A DNA stretch of 57,648 nucleotides, taken from Kiritimatiellia bacterium. Lineage in GTDB: Bacteria > Verrucomicrobiota > Kiritimatiellia > RFP12 > UBA1067. The position numbers and the translations under genes were made by a program. Location: assembly GCA_028700415.1 (NCBI GenBank), contig JAQVSS010000005.1, positions 1-57,648 of the forward strand, written 5' to 3'. The notes beneath the pieces are model-generated. The model was not told the DNA's origin. It saw only the letters and a program-made list of their open reading frames with translations, and did no database searches. Below are positions 46,602 through 57,157 of the stretch, piece by piece. Every line of letters begins with the position of its first letter. Within the stretch, counting starts at the first letter, position 1.

Positions 46602-48119
46602 ATGACCCAGAGAGTTTTCAAGGTTGTTTTGCTTGCGGTGTCGGCACTGGCGCTTAACGGTTGCCGCACGCCGGGGTTCGGGGAGCGTGCGGAGTCCGCC
46701 GCGCAACTCCGCGAGGCGCTGCACGGGGAGACGGATGTTTACTTCGCGACCAACAGCGGCGCGCTTACGCTTGCGGACGCGCTGAAGGTGGCACGGTCGC
46801 GAACATTGAAACTGACACAGGCGCAATTGGACCTGCAGCTGTCGAAAATTCAGCGGACGATGGCCTTCTCCACGTTCTTGCCGCAGGTGGAGGCGACCTA
46901 CACGCGGAGCGGAACCGATGTCCCGATCATGCGGTCCTTCGGCGCCCAATCGATCCAGATGAGCAGCAAATACGTGAACGAAGCGTCCATCGCCTTGACC
47001 CAGCCGATCTTTACGCCGGGCGCATGGCTGCTGTTTGTGGAGTCCAAAAATGCGGTGCGCGCCCGGGAACTGGCGCATGCGCGGGCCGGCGAACTGCTCG
47101 ATGTGCAGGTGGCCGCCCTGTTCTATCAAGCCGCGGTGGCTGAGAGCATGTTGAAAACGTATGAGCGGCAGGAGGAGGCGACGCGCGCGCTGGTGGGCCG
47201 GGTCACGGCGCTCGCCAAGGAGGGATACGTCTTGGCCGCACCGCGCGAACGGGCGCTGGCGCGTCTGTTGTCGGATCAATACAACGTGCGGCTGGCGAAA
47301 GACAATCTGTCGCTGACGAGGGCCAAGCTTTTCGAAGTCCTGAGGTTCTGGCCTACGGAAGAGGTGACGCTGGATGGCGGGTCGCTGTTGGACGTGCTGG
47401 GACGCGACTGGATTTTGACGTCCGAGACCGGTGATGCGCGTCGCGTCGCACGCGAACACGTGCAGACTCTCACAACAGAGGAGTGGTTGTGGCAGACATT
47501 GGTGAACCGGAAAGAGTTGTGGGCGGGCGACCAGATCATCGAGCTCCGTAAGACGGAAGTCATTCGGGCCCTGACCGGCTTCTTGCCCAATCTCTACGGA
47601 TCAGCCTCCGGCAACTATTCGTCCGAGATTCTGCAATCGCCCAGTCAATATTGGGCGGGGGCGCTGGGCGCGACGCTATCCCTGTTCAAAGGATTCCAGA
47701 CGGTGGCGGCGTACCGCGAGGCGAAAGCGCGGCGCGCGGCGGAATTCCAGATACAGGAAGACCGGGCGCTTGCTTTCATGGTGTCCACCTATGAGGCCTG
47801 TCAGAACTGGTGCCGGACCGGCGCTCAGCGTGCGGTCGCGGAACAGGCGCGCAAGGCGGCGGAACTGGATTACGACGAAACAAAGGCCCGCTATGAACAG
47901 GATCAGGAGACGCTTTCAGAGGTGCTCGACAAGTTGGCGCTGATGGAGGGCGCGCGCGTGCAGGCGGTCATGGCAGAATATGCCTCCGCGTTAGCCGAGA
48001 TCGTGCTGCGCGACGCGGCGGGCGTGGGTTTGGGCGAGACGCGCGTGATGGAGAAATCGGCGGCAGAGGCGTTCCGCGAAGCAGGTTTGCTGGAAGGGAT
48101 TCTTAAGGATCGGAAGTGA
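46602..48119 (+). CDS. TolC-family efflux outer-membrane factor (lipoprotein, NodT-like)
   Basis: 505 aa. Lipobox LNGC. Two-repeat coiled alpha/beta pattern. Position is upstream of MFP and RND genes. Confidence 0.85.
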   Translation: MTQRVFKVVLLAVSALALNGCRTPGFGERAESAAQLREALHGETDVYFATNSGALTLADALKVARSRTLKLTQAQLDLQLSKIQRTMAFSTFLPQVEATYTRSGTDVPIMRSFGAQSIQMSSKYVNEASIALTQPIFTPGAWLLFVESKNAVRARELAHARAGELLDVQVAALFYQAAVAESMLKTYERQEEATRALVGRVTALAKEGYVLAAPRERALARLLSDQYNVRLAKDNLSLTRAKLFEVLRFWPTEEVTLDGGSLLDVLGRDWILTSETGDARRVAREHVQTLTTEEWLWQTLVNRKELWAGDQIIELRKTEVIRALTGFLPNLYGSASGNYSSEILQSPSQYWAGALGATLSLFKGFQTVAAYREAKARRAAEFQIQEDRALAFMVSTYEACQNWCRTGAQRAVAEQARKAAELDYDETKARYEQDQETLSEVLDKLALMEGARVQAVMAEYASALAEIVLRDAAGVGLGETRVMEKSAAEAFREAGLLEGILKDRK

Positions 48120-48123
48120 GAAT

Positions 48124-49275
48124 ATGGGAAAGAAGTGCGGATCTTTTGCTGTGGCCCTCATGGTTCTGGCTGTGACCGGCGGCTGTAAAAAAGAGGCGAA
48201 ACAGGCTGAGCCCCTGGATGTGCGGCCGCTGGTGAAGGTCGGGAGACTCTTGCCTGTTTACGCATTCATAGACGGCGTACAGGTGCAGGGTTCGGTCCGC
48301 ACGAAATTTTCGGCGGCGGTGGCGTCGCGTGTGACCGGAGCCATCGATGCGGTGATGGCTGATGAGGGGGATCAGGTCAAGGCTGGGCAGCCGTTGTTTC
48401 AGGTGGATAAGGCCACTTTGGAAAACCGTGTGCGGCTCTCCCAAGACGATCTGAACGTGGCCAAAGCGGGGCTGAGGGAGGCCGAGGCGGCCCTCTTGGA
48501 AACGGAGGCCTCCTATGCGAAAGCCGAGGTGGACGCGGGACGCATGAGGAAACTGTACGAGGAAAACAAGGCGGTCACCAAGGACACGTGGGAGAAGGCG
48601 GATCTGCAATTTAAGCTGGCTGCCGCGACGCGTGAGCGCGTACGCGCGGCGGTGGAAAGTTCCACGGTGCGTATTGCGCAGGCCGAGACCGCGTTGTCGG
48701 TTGCCCGGAAAAACCTTTCGGATTCGCAGGGCGTGGCGCCGTTCGACGGGGTCATCACGCGGAAGCGGTTGGACAAAGGCGATTTCGCCGGCATGGGTGC
48801 CGTCGTATTCGAAATGGACGATCCGCGTGTGTACGAGGTCTGCATTTCCATGAACGCAGCCCACTACGACCGCGTTAAGGAAGGCCAGACGCAGGTGCGC
48901 TTTGCGAATGGGAAAGAAGCGGCCGTCACGTATAAGGCGCCGTCGGTGCACCCGGTGACACGCACGTTCGAGATCCGGGTGACGGTGGAGCGCACGCCGG
49001 ATTTGGCGCCGGGCATGATACGGGACGCGTGGGTGGTCTTCCGCCGGTACGACGCGCCGGCGCTGCCCGCCACGGCTTTGGGGCTCTGCGGCGGGACGAA
49101 CGTCGTTTTTGTGGTTAGGAACGCGAAGGTCGCCTCCGTGCCGGTCGACGTCGGGCTCGCGTGGCAGAAACATGTCGAAGTGCGGAATCCTGATGCGATG
49201 AAGGACGCGGAGATCGTGATCGAGGGCATGCTGCTGCTGAACGAAGGCGATGGCGTGCGGGTCAAAAAGGATTAG
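48124..49275 (+). CDS. Efflux RND periplasmic adaptor (HlyD/MFP family)
   Basis: Lipobox TGGC. GQPLFQVD lipoyl-like hairpin, coiled-coil, APFDGVITRK. Confidence 0.9.
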   Translation: MGKKCGSFAVALMVLAVTGGCKKEAKQAEPLDVRPLVKVGRLLPVYAFIDGVQVQGSVRTKFSAAVASRVTGAIDAVMADEGDQVKAGQPLFQVDKATLENRVRLSQDDLNVAKAGLREAEAALLETEASYAKAEVDAGRMRKLYEENKAVTKDTWEKADLQFKLAAATRERVRAAVESSTVRIAQAETALSVARKNLSDSQGVAPFDGVITRKRLDKGDFAGMGAVVFEMDDPRVYEVCISMNAAHYDRVKEGQTQVRFANGKEAAVTYKAPSVHPVTRTFEIRVTVERTPDLAPGMIRDAWVVFRRYDAPALPATALGLCGGTNVVFVVRNAKVASVPVDVGLAWQKHVEVRNPDAMKDAEIVIEGMLLLNEGDGVRVKKD

Positions 49276-49284
49276 AGGTGCCTT

Positions 49285-52200
49285 ATGTTTTTAGCCCAAG
49301 CCTCAACGAAGCGTCCGATCGCGATGATGACGCTGATCATCTGTCTGGTTATGTTCGGCGTTCTGGCGTTTCGCAATGTGGGCGTCGACCTGCTGCCGCA
49401 GGTGGACATCCCGTACATCGCGATTGCGGTTGTGTACCCCGGCGCGTCGCCGGACAAGATCGAGACCACGGTCGCCAAGAAATTGGAGGACGCGGTGGTG
49501 CAGGTGGACGGCATCAAGCACATCACGACCACCTGTCTCAACAATTTCTGCCAGCTTCTTGTCGAGTTCGAACTCAACAGGGATGTGGACGTGTGCGCCA
49601 CGGATATCCGCGAAAAGGTGGACCTGATCCGCGAGGATCTTCCGGACGAGTCGGAAGCGCCGCAGATCGTCAAACTCGACGTGAACGCGAAACCGGTCGT
49701 GACGATCGCGGTCAAGGGGCGGCAGTCGATCGACGAACTCTACGATTACGCCGACAACGCGCTGAGGGACCGGTTCTCGACGCTGGGCGGGGTGGCCAAG
49801 GTGGAGCTCATCGGCGGCGGGAAGCGCGAGGTGCTGGTGAACGTGGATCGAGAGAAACTCGCGTCGCGCGGTCTCTCCCTCGGCGACGTCGTGAAGGCGG
49901 TGGGGCAGGAGAACGTCGACGTGCCGGTCGGGCAGATCGACGACGGGCAGCGCGAGATTTCGGTGAAGTTCAACGGCGAGGCGGCTGAGATTGCGGACTT
50001 GGGCGACATCCAAGTCGGCGTGGTGCGCGGCCAGCGCGTCTATCTGCGCGACATCGCGGCATTCGCGTTCGGCACCGAGCGGAAGAAGAGCGGCGCCACA
50101 TACGACGGCGAGCCCTGCATTGTGCTGAAAATCACCAAAAAGGGCGAGGCGAACGCGGTTGCCGTGGTCGACCGCGTCAGGAAGGTTTTCGGCGAAATCA
50201 GAACGAAGCTGCCCGGGGGCATGGAGCTGGTCTGGTTCCGGGACGACGGCGACTACACGCAAGCGCAGGTTTCCGACGGCTTGGGCAGTATCCGCGACGG
50301 CGTGATTCTCACCGGCATCGTGCTGCTTCTGTTTCTGGCCGATATCCGGACGGCGTTTGTGGCGTTCGTGACGATCCCGGTGACCATGATCATCGCGCTG
50401 ATGACCTTCTCGTGGTTCGGATACACGATGAACATGGTGACGATGAGCGCGTTCGGCATTTCGGTCGGCGTCCTCGTGGCGAATTCCATCGTGGTGCTCG
50501 AGAACGTCGCCAAGGCGTTTGAAACCCACAAAGACGGGGAGGCGGATGTGCCCTCGCTGGTCGAACGCGCCACGTCGCAGGTCGGGCTGGCCGTGGCGGC
50601 CAGCGCGCTCACCAACATCGTGGTGTTTCTGCCGATCGCGGCGATGAAGAGCATTACGGGGAAATTCCTGGCGCCGTTCGCCGTGACGACCGTGGCGGCC
50701 ACGTTCGCCTCGCTGCTCGTGAGTTTCACGCTGACGCCGATTCTCGCCATGTGGCTGGCACCGTATGGCGGAACGGTCAACCGGTTTCTGGTGCGCGTGC
50801 TGGCCCCGTGGAACTGGGTCTACAGGCGGCTGGAGGTCGGTTACGTCCGGTCGGTGCGCGGCGTGTTGAAGGCGCCTCTGCTGTTTGTCGTCGCGGTGAG
50901 TGCGCTCTGCGGTTTCGGCCTGTATTTTTATGCGACGCGGGCGCAGTCCGATTTCGTGCCGCAGACCGACATGGGAGATCTCTCCGTGCGCTTGGAATAC
51001 GCGGCCGACAGCAATCTGGAGCACACGTCCGCGCGGGCGCAGGCGCTGGCCGAACGATTGGCCAAAGATCCCGCCGTGCGGCATGTGCTGGTGACGAATG
51101 GCAAGGTGCAGGGTGTGATCGGACAAGTTTCGGAGGGCAGCTATATGTCCGAAATCCTATTCCGCCTCTCTTCGATGGTCGAGCGCCCTCACGACAGGAT
51201 CGCCGATGTTTTGGAGCGTATCCGCAAGTTGGCGAATGACGAACCCGATTGTCTGTGGTCCGTGATGATTCCGAGCCTGGTGGGCGGCAGCGAGCAGGAC
51301 ACGGTCATCATGGTCTCAGGTGACGATTTGAAAGAGCTGAACCGGATCGGAACCGAGGCCAAGGTGCGTTTCCGCGATGACGCTTCGACGTCTGACGTGA
51401 GCAATTCGGTCCGGCCCGGACGTCCCGAGATTCGCATGCGGCCGAATCGGGCGGTGCTGCACGACATGGGGGTCGCCTCGTCCGATCTCGGGCTGATTTT
51501 GCGAGCCAACGTGGCGGGGCTTAAGACCACCACGTATAAGAAAGGTGACCGTTCCTATGACATCCGCGTCCGGTATGTGCAACAGCCGGGCCGCGAGCAG
51601 ATTCCTGCCATGAACCTGCCGGGACCGGACGGCCGGCCGATGCCGGTCGGCGCGGTCACCGAGGTGTCTGACGAAGTCCAGCCCACGCAGATCGTGCGTT
51701 ACGACAAGGTCCGTTCGGTGACCCTGTACGCCAACGTTGCGAAGGGCTGGGGCATGGGCACGACGGTGGCGCACGAAACCTCGATTCTGAAAAAGCTTCT
51801 TCCCGCCGGATACGAGATGAAGTTCTCGGGTATGGCCGAGAAGATGGCCGAGGCCATGCAGGAGTTCGGTCTGGTCATTGTGGTGGCCATCCTGCTGACG
51901 TATCTTCTGCTGGCCGCTCTGTTGGAATCGTGGACCCAGCCGTTCATCATTCTGCTGACTGTGCCGTTCAGCTATCTGGGTCTCTATATGGCCGTTTACC
52001 ACACCGGCACGTCGGTTTCCATTTTCGGTCAGTTGGCCGGCATCATGCTGGTGGGCGTGGTGGTCAACGCCGCGATTCTGCTGATCGACGAGGTGAACAC
52101 GCTGCGGCGCACGCGCGGCTACCACAAGCGGCAGGCACTGGTGCGGGCAGCGCAGACCAAGTTCCGGCCGATTCTGATGTCCTGCGTGGCGGCGCTCTTC

Positions 52201-52437
52201 GGGATGCTGCCGATGGCCACGGGAACGGGGTTGGGCTCCGAGATGCGCGCCAGCATCGGCATTGGCTCCGTCGGCGGCATCATCGTCTCGTCGGTGCTGT
52301 CGCTCTATTTCATTCCCGCGTTCTACGTGGTGATGGGGCGCTCGGACAAATCGCAGGACCGCATGATCGCGAAAAACTCGGGTAAGAAACTTGCTCCGGC
52401 GGTGACGCCGGAGATTGAAAGCGGAGACCATTTTTAA
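49285..52437 (+). CDS. Efflux RND permease (AcrB/HAE1-like)
   Basis: 1050 aa. STKRPIAMMTLIICLVMFG, 12-TM architecture with two large periplasmic loops. Confidence 0.95.
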   Translation: MFLAQASTKRPIAMMTLIICLVMFGVLAFRNVGVDLLPQVDIPYIAIAVVYPGASPDKIETTVAKKLEDAVVQVDGIKHITTTCLNNFCQLLVEFELNRDVDVCATDIREKVDLIREDLPDESEAPQIVKLDVNAKPVVTIAVKGRQSIDELYDYADNALRDRFSTLGGVAKVELIGGGKREVLVNVDREKLASRGLSLGDVVKAVGQENVDVPVGQIDDGQREISVKFNGEAAEIADLGDIQVGVVRGQRVYLRDIAAFAFGTERKKSGATYDGEPCIVLKITKKGEANAVAVVDRVRKVFGEIRTKLPGGMELVWFRDDGDYTQAQVSDGLGSIRDGVILTGIVLLLFLADIRTAFVAFVTIPVTMIIALMTFSWFGYTMNMVTMSAFGISVGVLVANSIVVLENVAKAFETHKDGEADVPSLVERATSQVGLAVAASALTNIVVFLPIAAMKSITGKFLAPFAVTTVAATFASLLVSFTLTPILAMWLAPYGGTVNRFLVRVLAPWNWVYRRLEVGYVRSVRGVLKAPLLFVVAVSALCGFGLYFYATRAQSDFVPQTDMGDLSVRLEYAADSNLEHTSARAQALAERLAKDPAVRHVLVTNGKVQGVIGQVSEGSYMSEILFRLSSMVERPHDRIADVLERIRKLANDEPDCLWSVMIPSLVGGSEQDTVIMVSGDDLKELNRIGTEAKVRFRDDASTSDVSNSVRPGRPEIRMRPNRAVLHDMGVASSDLGLILRANVAGLKTTTYKKGDRSYDIRVRYVQQPGREQIPAMNLPGPDGRPMPVGAVTEVSDEVQPTQIVRYDKVRSVTLYANVAKGWGMGTTVAHETSILKKLLPAGYEMKFSGMAEKMAEAMQEFGLVIVVAILLTYLLLAALLESWTQPFIILLTVPFSYLGLYMAVYHTGTSVSIFGQLAGIMLVGVVVNAAILLIDEVNTLRRTRGYHKRQALVRAAQTKFRPILMSCVAALFGMLPMATGTGLGSEMRASIGIGSVGGIIVSSVLSLYFIPAFYVVMGRSDKSQDRMIAKNSGKKLAPAVTPEIESGDHF

Positions 52438-52491
52438 GTATAAATGAATTTCACCGTCGCGAACGGGAAAGAAAGGAAAGCGGGTGACGCA

Positions 52492-53016
52492 ATGAAGGCG
52501 ATGTCTGTTGTGGCGTGTTTGGGGCTGGTCGGGTTTTCTGTCTATGCGGGGGGCGGGGCGTTCATCGATTCCGTTTCGGTTGGTGCCGGGCAAAGCCAAG
52601 ACAACATCGATATCTATCGGCTTGGCGTGCGGAAAGACTCGGCTTGTCGCTGGCTGTCCAACAGAACGGGCTGGCTGTCGGTGTATTACGAAGCCTCATT
52701 GAATTATTGGAGAAGGAATGATGAGGATATTTACGGTGCCGCACTCTCGCCGGTTTTTTTCTACACCTTTGGCAAAGAGAACTGGCGGATAAAGCCCTAC
52801 ATCGAGGGGGGGATCGGTGTTGCGGGAATTTCTGACACGGAAATAGGGAACCGCAATATGTCGACCGCTTTCCAGTTTGAAGACCGGATCGGAACCGGGG
52901 TTCGTATCGACAAGGTCGATCTCAGTTGCAGATATATGCACTACTCCAACTGTTCAATCAAACAGCCGAATGATGGCATCGACATCTTTATTTTCACGGT
53001 GGGGTACCGGTTTTAG
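52492..53016 (+). CDS. Acyloxyacyl hydrolase / lipid A 3-O-deacylase (PagL-like) outer-membrane beta-barrel
   Basis: Signal peptide, alternating beta-strand pattern, catalytic-type YMHYSNCS (H-x-S-N), C-terminal aromatic residue (GYRF). An alternative upstream start exists at 52444. Confidence 0.7.
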   Translation: MKAMSVVACLGLVGFSVYAGGGAFIDSVSVGAGQSQDNIDIYRLGVRKDSACRWLSNRTGWLSVYYEASLNYWRRNDEDIYGAALSPVFFYTFGKENWRIKPYIEGGIGVAGISDTEIGNRNMSTAFQFEDRIGTGVRIDKVDLSCRYMHYSNCSIKQPNDGIDIFIFTVGYRF

Positions 53017-53018
53017 TA

Positions 53019-53669
53019 CTAGCGGTCCCCGAGCGGTTTGTCGGCGGGCTGGAGTGTGATGATCGGGGTCAGCGTGAAATTGCGCCAGCGCGCGCGGGTC
53101 TGGTAGGTGGCAAGCCCAAGCGGTTTTGTTTTGTCGATGTCGCTGCCCGGGCGCAGGCTGAAACGGCTCGAGTCGTCATACTCGATGCGGGCGGTATAGA
53201 GGTCTTTGTTCAGGAAAATCTGCAGCACGCCCGGCGTGACCCGCACGCGCAGGGTGTACCAGCGGTTGTTTTCGAAGGCAATGTTTTCGCACCACTGGTT
53301 CTCCGAGGCGTCGGCGTAGTCGAAGGAGGAGATGCCGCAGAGCCCGCCGCCCCAGCCGCCGACAATCACGGTGCAGAAACTCTTGCCGATGGGGATCGTG
53401 AGCGCGGCGAAGAAATCAGAACCTTCGACGCGCATCGCCTCCAGCGAGAGTTCGTAATTCATGGAAGGGAGCGTGTTGGTGTACGCGATGCCGGTCATGG
53501 GGTTTCCGGTCCCGCACTCCACGACACCGTTCGAATAGGCTTTGACGTCTCCCCTGTCCGTCATGTCGGCGATTTTCCAGCCCGACAGGTCTTTCCCGTT
53601 GAAAAGCGCACGCGGCTCGGCCGCGGCCGCAAGGGCTGACAAGGCGATAAAAAAGAGCATGTGTTTCAT
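53019..53669 (-). CDS. DUF1080 (3-keto-disaccharide hydrolase-like) secreted protein
   Basis: MKHMLFFIALSALAAAA...LFNGKDLSGWK...WRNFTL. Start trimmed from the ORF-track 53828. Confidence 0.8.
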   Translation of the reverse strand: MKHMLFFIALSALAAAAEPRALFNGKDLSGWKIADMTDRGDVKAYSNGVVECGTGNPMTGIAYTNTLPSMNYELSLEAMRVEGSDFFAALTIPIGKSFCTVIVGGWGGGLCGISSFDYADASENQWCENIAFENNRWYTLRVRVTPGVLQIFLNKDLYTARIEYDDSSRFSLRPGSDIDKTKPLGLATYQTRARWRNFTLTPIITLQPADKPLGDR

Positions 53670-53739
53670 GGGGACATTATCGTTCAACCGTTTAATTTTT
53701 GAAAGCCGGAAAGCGAGGGAAGTCCGGGGTTGCCGCGGG

Positions 53740-55029
53740 TCATCGGGGGGCATCCACAATGACGGATACGCCGTCCGGAATGACGGTACAGGATGCGTCT
53801 GAACCGTGCCGCCGGAAGGCCATGGCAACCGCCTCAGGCAAGGCGGAGGCGGGTTCCATGTGCAGGGCGCGGATGAGGCGGGCCTCCCACATGTCCGTGA
53901 CGAGGATCACGCGGTGTTTCGCGAGAATACGGGCGAGAATCTGATACTCCCACTGGTCGGGCAGGGTTTTGTCCTGGGGGACGCGGAGGACAGAGTCAAG
54001 CAACGCCTGCGGGCTTGCGGCTTCCGATAGCGCGCGGTAGAAATTTTCTCCCCCGTGCCCATCGCTGCATGCCGCGACCATGATAATCGTGCCTCCCGCC
54101 GCGCAACACGCTTCGGCGGCGGTCATCCCCTTGACGGCCTGATAAAGGTTCTGATCCAAGGGATACCCGCCATTACCGGTGATGACGATGTCGGCTTCGA
54201 CCCGCGGGATTGTGGCGGCCTCGCGCATTTGGCGGCAGCCTTCCGCATGTGCGAGTTCAGGATGCCCGGCGAAAGCGCTCCGGACCGTTTTGTCCGGATG
54301 GAGGGTCACATTGAGGATGAAGGCGAGCCGGGCCCGCTGTGCGGCGAAAAGCATGTCGCGGTGAATGGGGTTCCCGTCGAGGATGCCTGCGCGGGAGCGC
54401 GGATCGGCGATAAAGGCCGCGCAATGGTTTGCAAGGACGGTCTCGCGTCCGGCGATGCCTGGCAGAACGCTTTTGCGCCCGCCTGAGAAACCCGCGAAAA
54501 AATGGGGCTCGATAAAGCCTTCTGAGATCAGCAGGTCGGTCTCCAAGGCGTGGCGGTTCAGCCACAGTTCGCCGCCCGACGGCAAGCGCCCCGCATGGCG
54601 CAGGCTGGAGCGGTCGGCGCAGTCGTGAATAATAAACGTTTCGCGCTCCACGGTCTCGGAACCGAATTTGTCCCGCAGCTCACGGGGAGATGTCGGCCGG
54701 TGGCAGCCGGTGGCGACGAGGACACGGATGTCGATCGTCGGGTTACCTTTCCGCAACCGCCCCAACATGAGCGGCAGCGTGATGTGGCTGGGCACGGGGC
54801 GGGTGTGGTCGCTCGTGATGATGGTGGCGGTCTGTTTGTCGCCGGCCAGTGTTTCAAGGGTGGGCGAACCGATCGGATGGTCGAGCGCGTCCTCCACACT
54901 CTGCCGCTGGGCGTCCGGTGGAGGCGCGGAAGCGCCGTGTCCGGCGGGCGAAAGGATCGCCCGGATATTCCGGTCCGGAATATCCGCCTCCTGACAAGAA
55001 AGGTGGTAGGGGAGTCGGATGCGGGGCAT
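53740..55029 (-). CDS. larA: LarA-family nickel-pincer-dependent 2-hydroxyacid racemase/epimerase homolog
   Basis: ITSDHTRPVP, GFIEPHFFAGFSGGRKSVLPGI (includes the candidate NPN-tethering Lys), GNGGYPLDQNLYQAVKG. Confidence 0.85.
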   Translation of the reverse strand: MPRIRLPYHLSCQEADIPDRNIRAILSPAGHGASAPPPDAQRQSVEDALDHPIGSPTLETLAGDKQTATIITSDHTRPVPSHITLPLMLGRLRKGNPTIDIRVLVATGCHRPTSPRELRDKFGSETVERETFIIHDCADRSSLRHAGRLPSGGELWLNRHALETDLLISEGFIEPHFFAGFSGGRKSVLPGIAGRETVLANHCAAFIADPRSRAGILDGNPIHRDMLFAAQRARLAFILNVTLHPDKTVRSAFAGHPELAHAEGCRQMREAATIPRVEADIVITGNGGYPLDQNLYQAVKGMTAAEACCAAGGTIIMVAACSDGHGGENFYRALSEAASPQALLDSVLRVPQDKTLPDQWEYQILARILAKHRVILVTDMWEARLIRALHMEPASALPEAVAMAFRRHGSDASCTVIPDGVSVIVDAPR

Positions 55030-55036
55030 AGGCTGA

Positions 55037-55969
55037 TTACGGTTTCGGTTCGGGACGTTTCTTTCCGGTCACGACACCGTGGGCGATCCGCTGCAGGATG
55101 GCGGCATCCTCGCGGGTGACATTTCCCGGCACGAAGGTGTTGCCGACTGCGCTTTGGCCGAAGAAGAACTCGAACCAGACGCAGCCCAGCAGATACTCGC
55201 CCAGCGTGCCCGCATGAAACCGGTCTACCGCTAATGTGTATGTGCCGGTCTTGGCGTCTTTACGCCAGCCGCAATATCCGATCAACACGCGCCGCTCGTT
55301 CTTGGGCAGCGCGGGATACACGGCGGTCTTAGGATCGAAGTCGGGATCGGGAACGTACTTGCCCCAGGCTGGGTCTTGGCGGGCGGCTTCCATCGCGTCG
55401 CCGCTTGGAATGATTCTCAGTCCGGTTTCTTTCGCGAACCCGTCATACGTGGCCCGCAACCCCTTGTACATCACGTCCGTATTGAAATCCTTGCGTCCCC
55501 AGAACGTATGGTCGTCGCGGTAGGCCCATGTCTGGTGGATCACGATTTCTGCCTGCGGCGCATACTTTTTGATGTAGGCGATGAGCCGGTCGGCATGCGG
55601 GTGAAAGGTCTCGGGTTTGAAACTTTTGTGGCTCACCTGCTGGATCGTGACATACTCCCATTTGTCTTGGGTCAAAAGCTCCTTCAGGCTCTTTTTACCC
55701 CCGCAATACGGCCGGCCCTCGGGACTGTCCGGATTCGCCTCGAACGCATCCGCATGCCGCATGTGCCGCTCGAAATCGCAGCCGCCGATCATGGCATGAG
55801 CCGTGAGCACCTGGTTGCCAGACGCCTCAACGATGTCACGGAAATAGCGTAGCGCATTGTTGGAAAAACTATTCCCGATCGCGAGGATTTTTGCGGTTTT
55901 GACCTCTGCCCGCGCCATCCCGCAAAAAAAGGCCAGCCCCAACATCAAGACGAATCGTGAATAACGCAT
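55037..55969 (-). CDS. DUF4886 (SGNH-hydrolase-like) secreted protein
   Basis: Signal peptide MRYSRFVLMLGLAFFCGMARA, KILAIGNSFSNN. Start trimmed from 56023. Confidence 0.7.
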   Translation of the reverse strand: MRYSRFVLMLGLAFFCGMARAEVKTAKILAIGNSFSNNALRYFRDIVEASGNQVLTAHAMIGGCDFERHMRHADAFEANPDSPEGRPYCGGKKSLKELLTQDKWEYVTIQQVSHKSFKPETFHPHADRLIAYIKKYAPQAEIVIHQTWAYRDDHTFWGRKDFNTDVMYKGLRATYDGFAKETGLRIIPSGDAMEAARQDPAWGKYVPDPDFDPKTAVYPALPKNERRVLIGYCGWRKDAKTGTYTLAVDRFHAGTLGEYLLGCVWFEFFFGQSAVGNTFVPGNVTREDAAILQRIAHGVVTGKKRPEPKP

Positions 55970-56131
55970 TTTTTTCCCTTTCTTAAAACGGTGCGATTTT
56001 ACATCATCGGGCATGGTTTGCAATGGCGAAATGCGGCCCCCGGCGACGCCGGTTCAAATCTCAGAAAAAGAGTGTCGCATCTAACGTGATATGTGCTAAA
56101 GTTTTTTACGAAAAAGGGAAGGGGCGCAAGG

Positions 56132-57124
56132 ATGAAATACCGGAATCTAGGACTTTCTGATTTAAACGCCTCAGCGGTCGGACTGGGCACCTGGGCGATC
56201 GGCGGCGGCCCGTGGTGGGGCGATACGGACGATGCGGAATCCATTCGCGCGATTCAGGCGTCAATTGACGAGGGCGTGACCCTCATCGACACCGCGCCTG
56301 TGTATGGTTTTGGGCACAGCGAGGAGATTGTGGGTCAAGCCGTCCGGGGACGCCGCGATAAGGTTGTTATTGCCACCAAGTGCGGCCTCTGGTGGGGCGA
56401 CGACACGGGGACGGTTCATTTTGAACAGGACGGGCGCACGGTGCGCCGCTGCCTGGAACCGCGCACGCTCCGTATTGAGGTTGAGGCAAGCCTGCGGCGG
56501 CTGGGCACCGATCACATCGACTTGTATCAGACGCACGCGCAGGCGGTGGAGCCCTTCAAAACGCCCATCGATGACACCATGGCCTGTCTGATAGACTTGC
56601 GCCAAGAGGGCAAGATCCGCGCGGTCGGCGTTTCAAACTGCTCTCCGGCCCAGATGGACGAATACCGCGCGTCAGGCGTGATCGTCAGCAACCAGCCCCG
56701 CTACAGCATCCTCGACCGCACCATCGAGAAGAGTCTGCTCCCCTACTGCCGGCAGCACGATATCGCGGTTCTCGCCTATTCGCCGCTGGAACAGGGGCTC
56801 TTGACCGGAAAGATCGGCATGGACACCACGTTCGCCCAAAAGGCGTTCAGGAACCAGCTCCCGTGGTTTATTCCCGACAAACGGCGCAGTGTGCTCGACC
56901 TGCTTGCGGGATGGAAGAGTCTGACGGATAAATATGCGTGTACGCTGTCGCAGCTGGTGATTGCCTGGACGATCGCGCAGCCGGGAGTAACCGTCGCGCT
57001 GTGCGGCGCGCGCAAGGCCGCCGATGCGCTCGAGAACGCCAGGGCAGGCTCCGTTGACCTCTTGGACGAAGACATTGCCCTCATGCGGAGCGATGCCGAA
57101 GCGCTGGCCCCGTTACATGTGTAA
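56132..57124 (+). CDS. Aldo/keto reductase
   Basis: MKYRNLGLSDLNASAVGLGTWAIGG, IDTAPVYGFGHSEEIVG, DLYQTH, GVSNCS. Confidence 0.9.
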   Translation: MKYRNLGLSDLNASAVGLGTWAIGGGPWWGDTDDAESIRAIQASIDEGVTLIDTAPVYGFGHSEEIVGQAVRGRRDKVVIATKCGLWWGDDTGTVHFEQDGRTVRRCLEPRTLRIEVEASLRRLGTDHIDLYQTHAQAVEPFKTPIDDTMACLIDLRQEGKIRAVGVSNCSPAQMDEYRASGVIVSNQPRYSILDRTIEKSLLPYCRQHDIAVLAYSPLEQGLLTGKIGMDTTFAQKAFRNQLPWFIPDKRRSVLDLLAGWKSLTDKYACTLSQLVIAWTIAQPGVTVALCGARKAADALENARAGSVDLLDEDIALMRSDAEALAPLHV

Positions 57125-57157
57125 ATCAGACTCAGGCCGAACCGTGCGGTGGGCATT

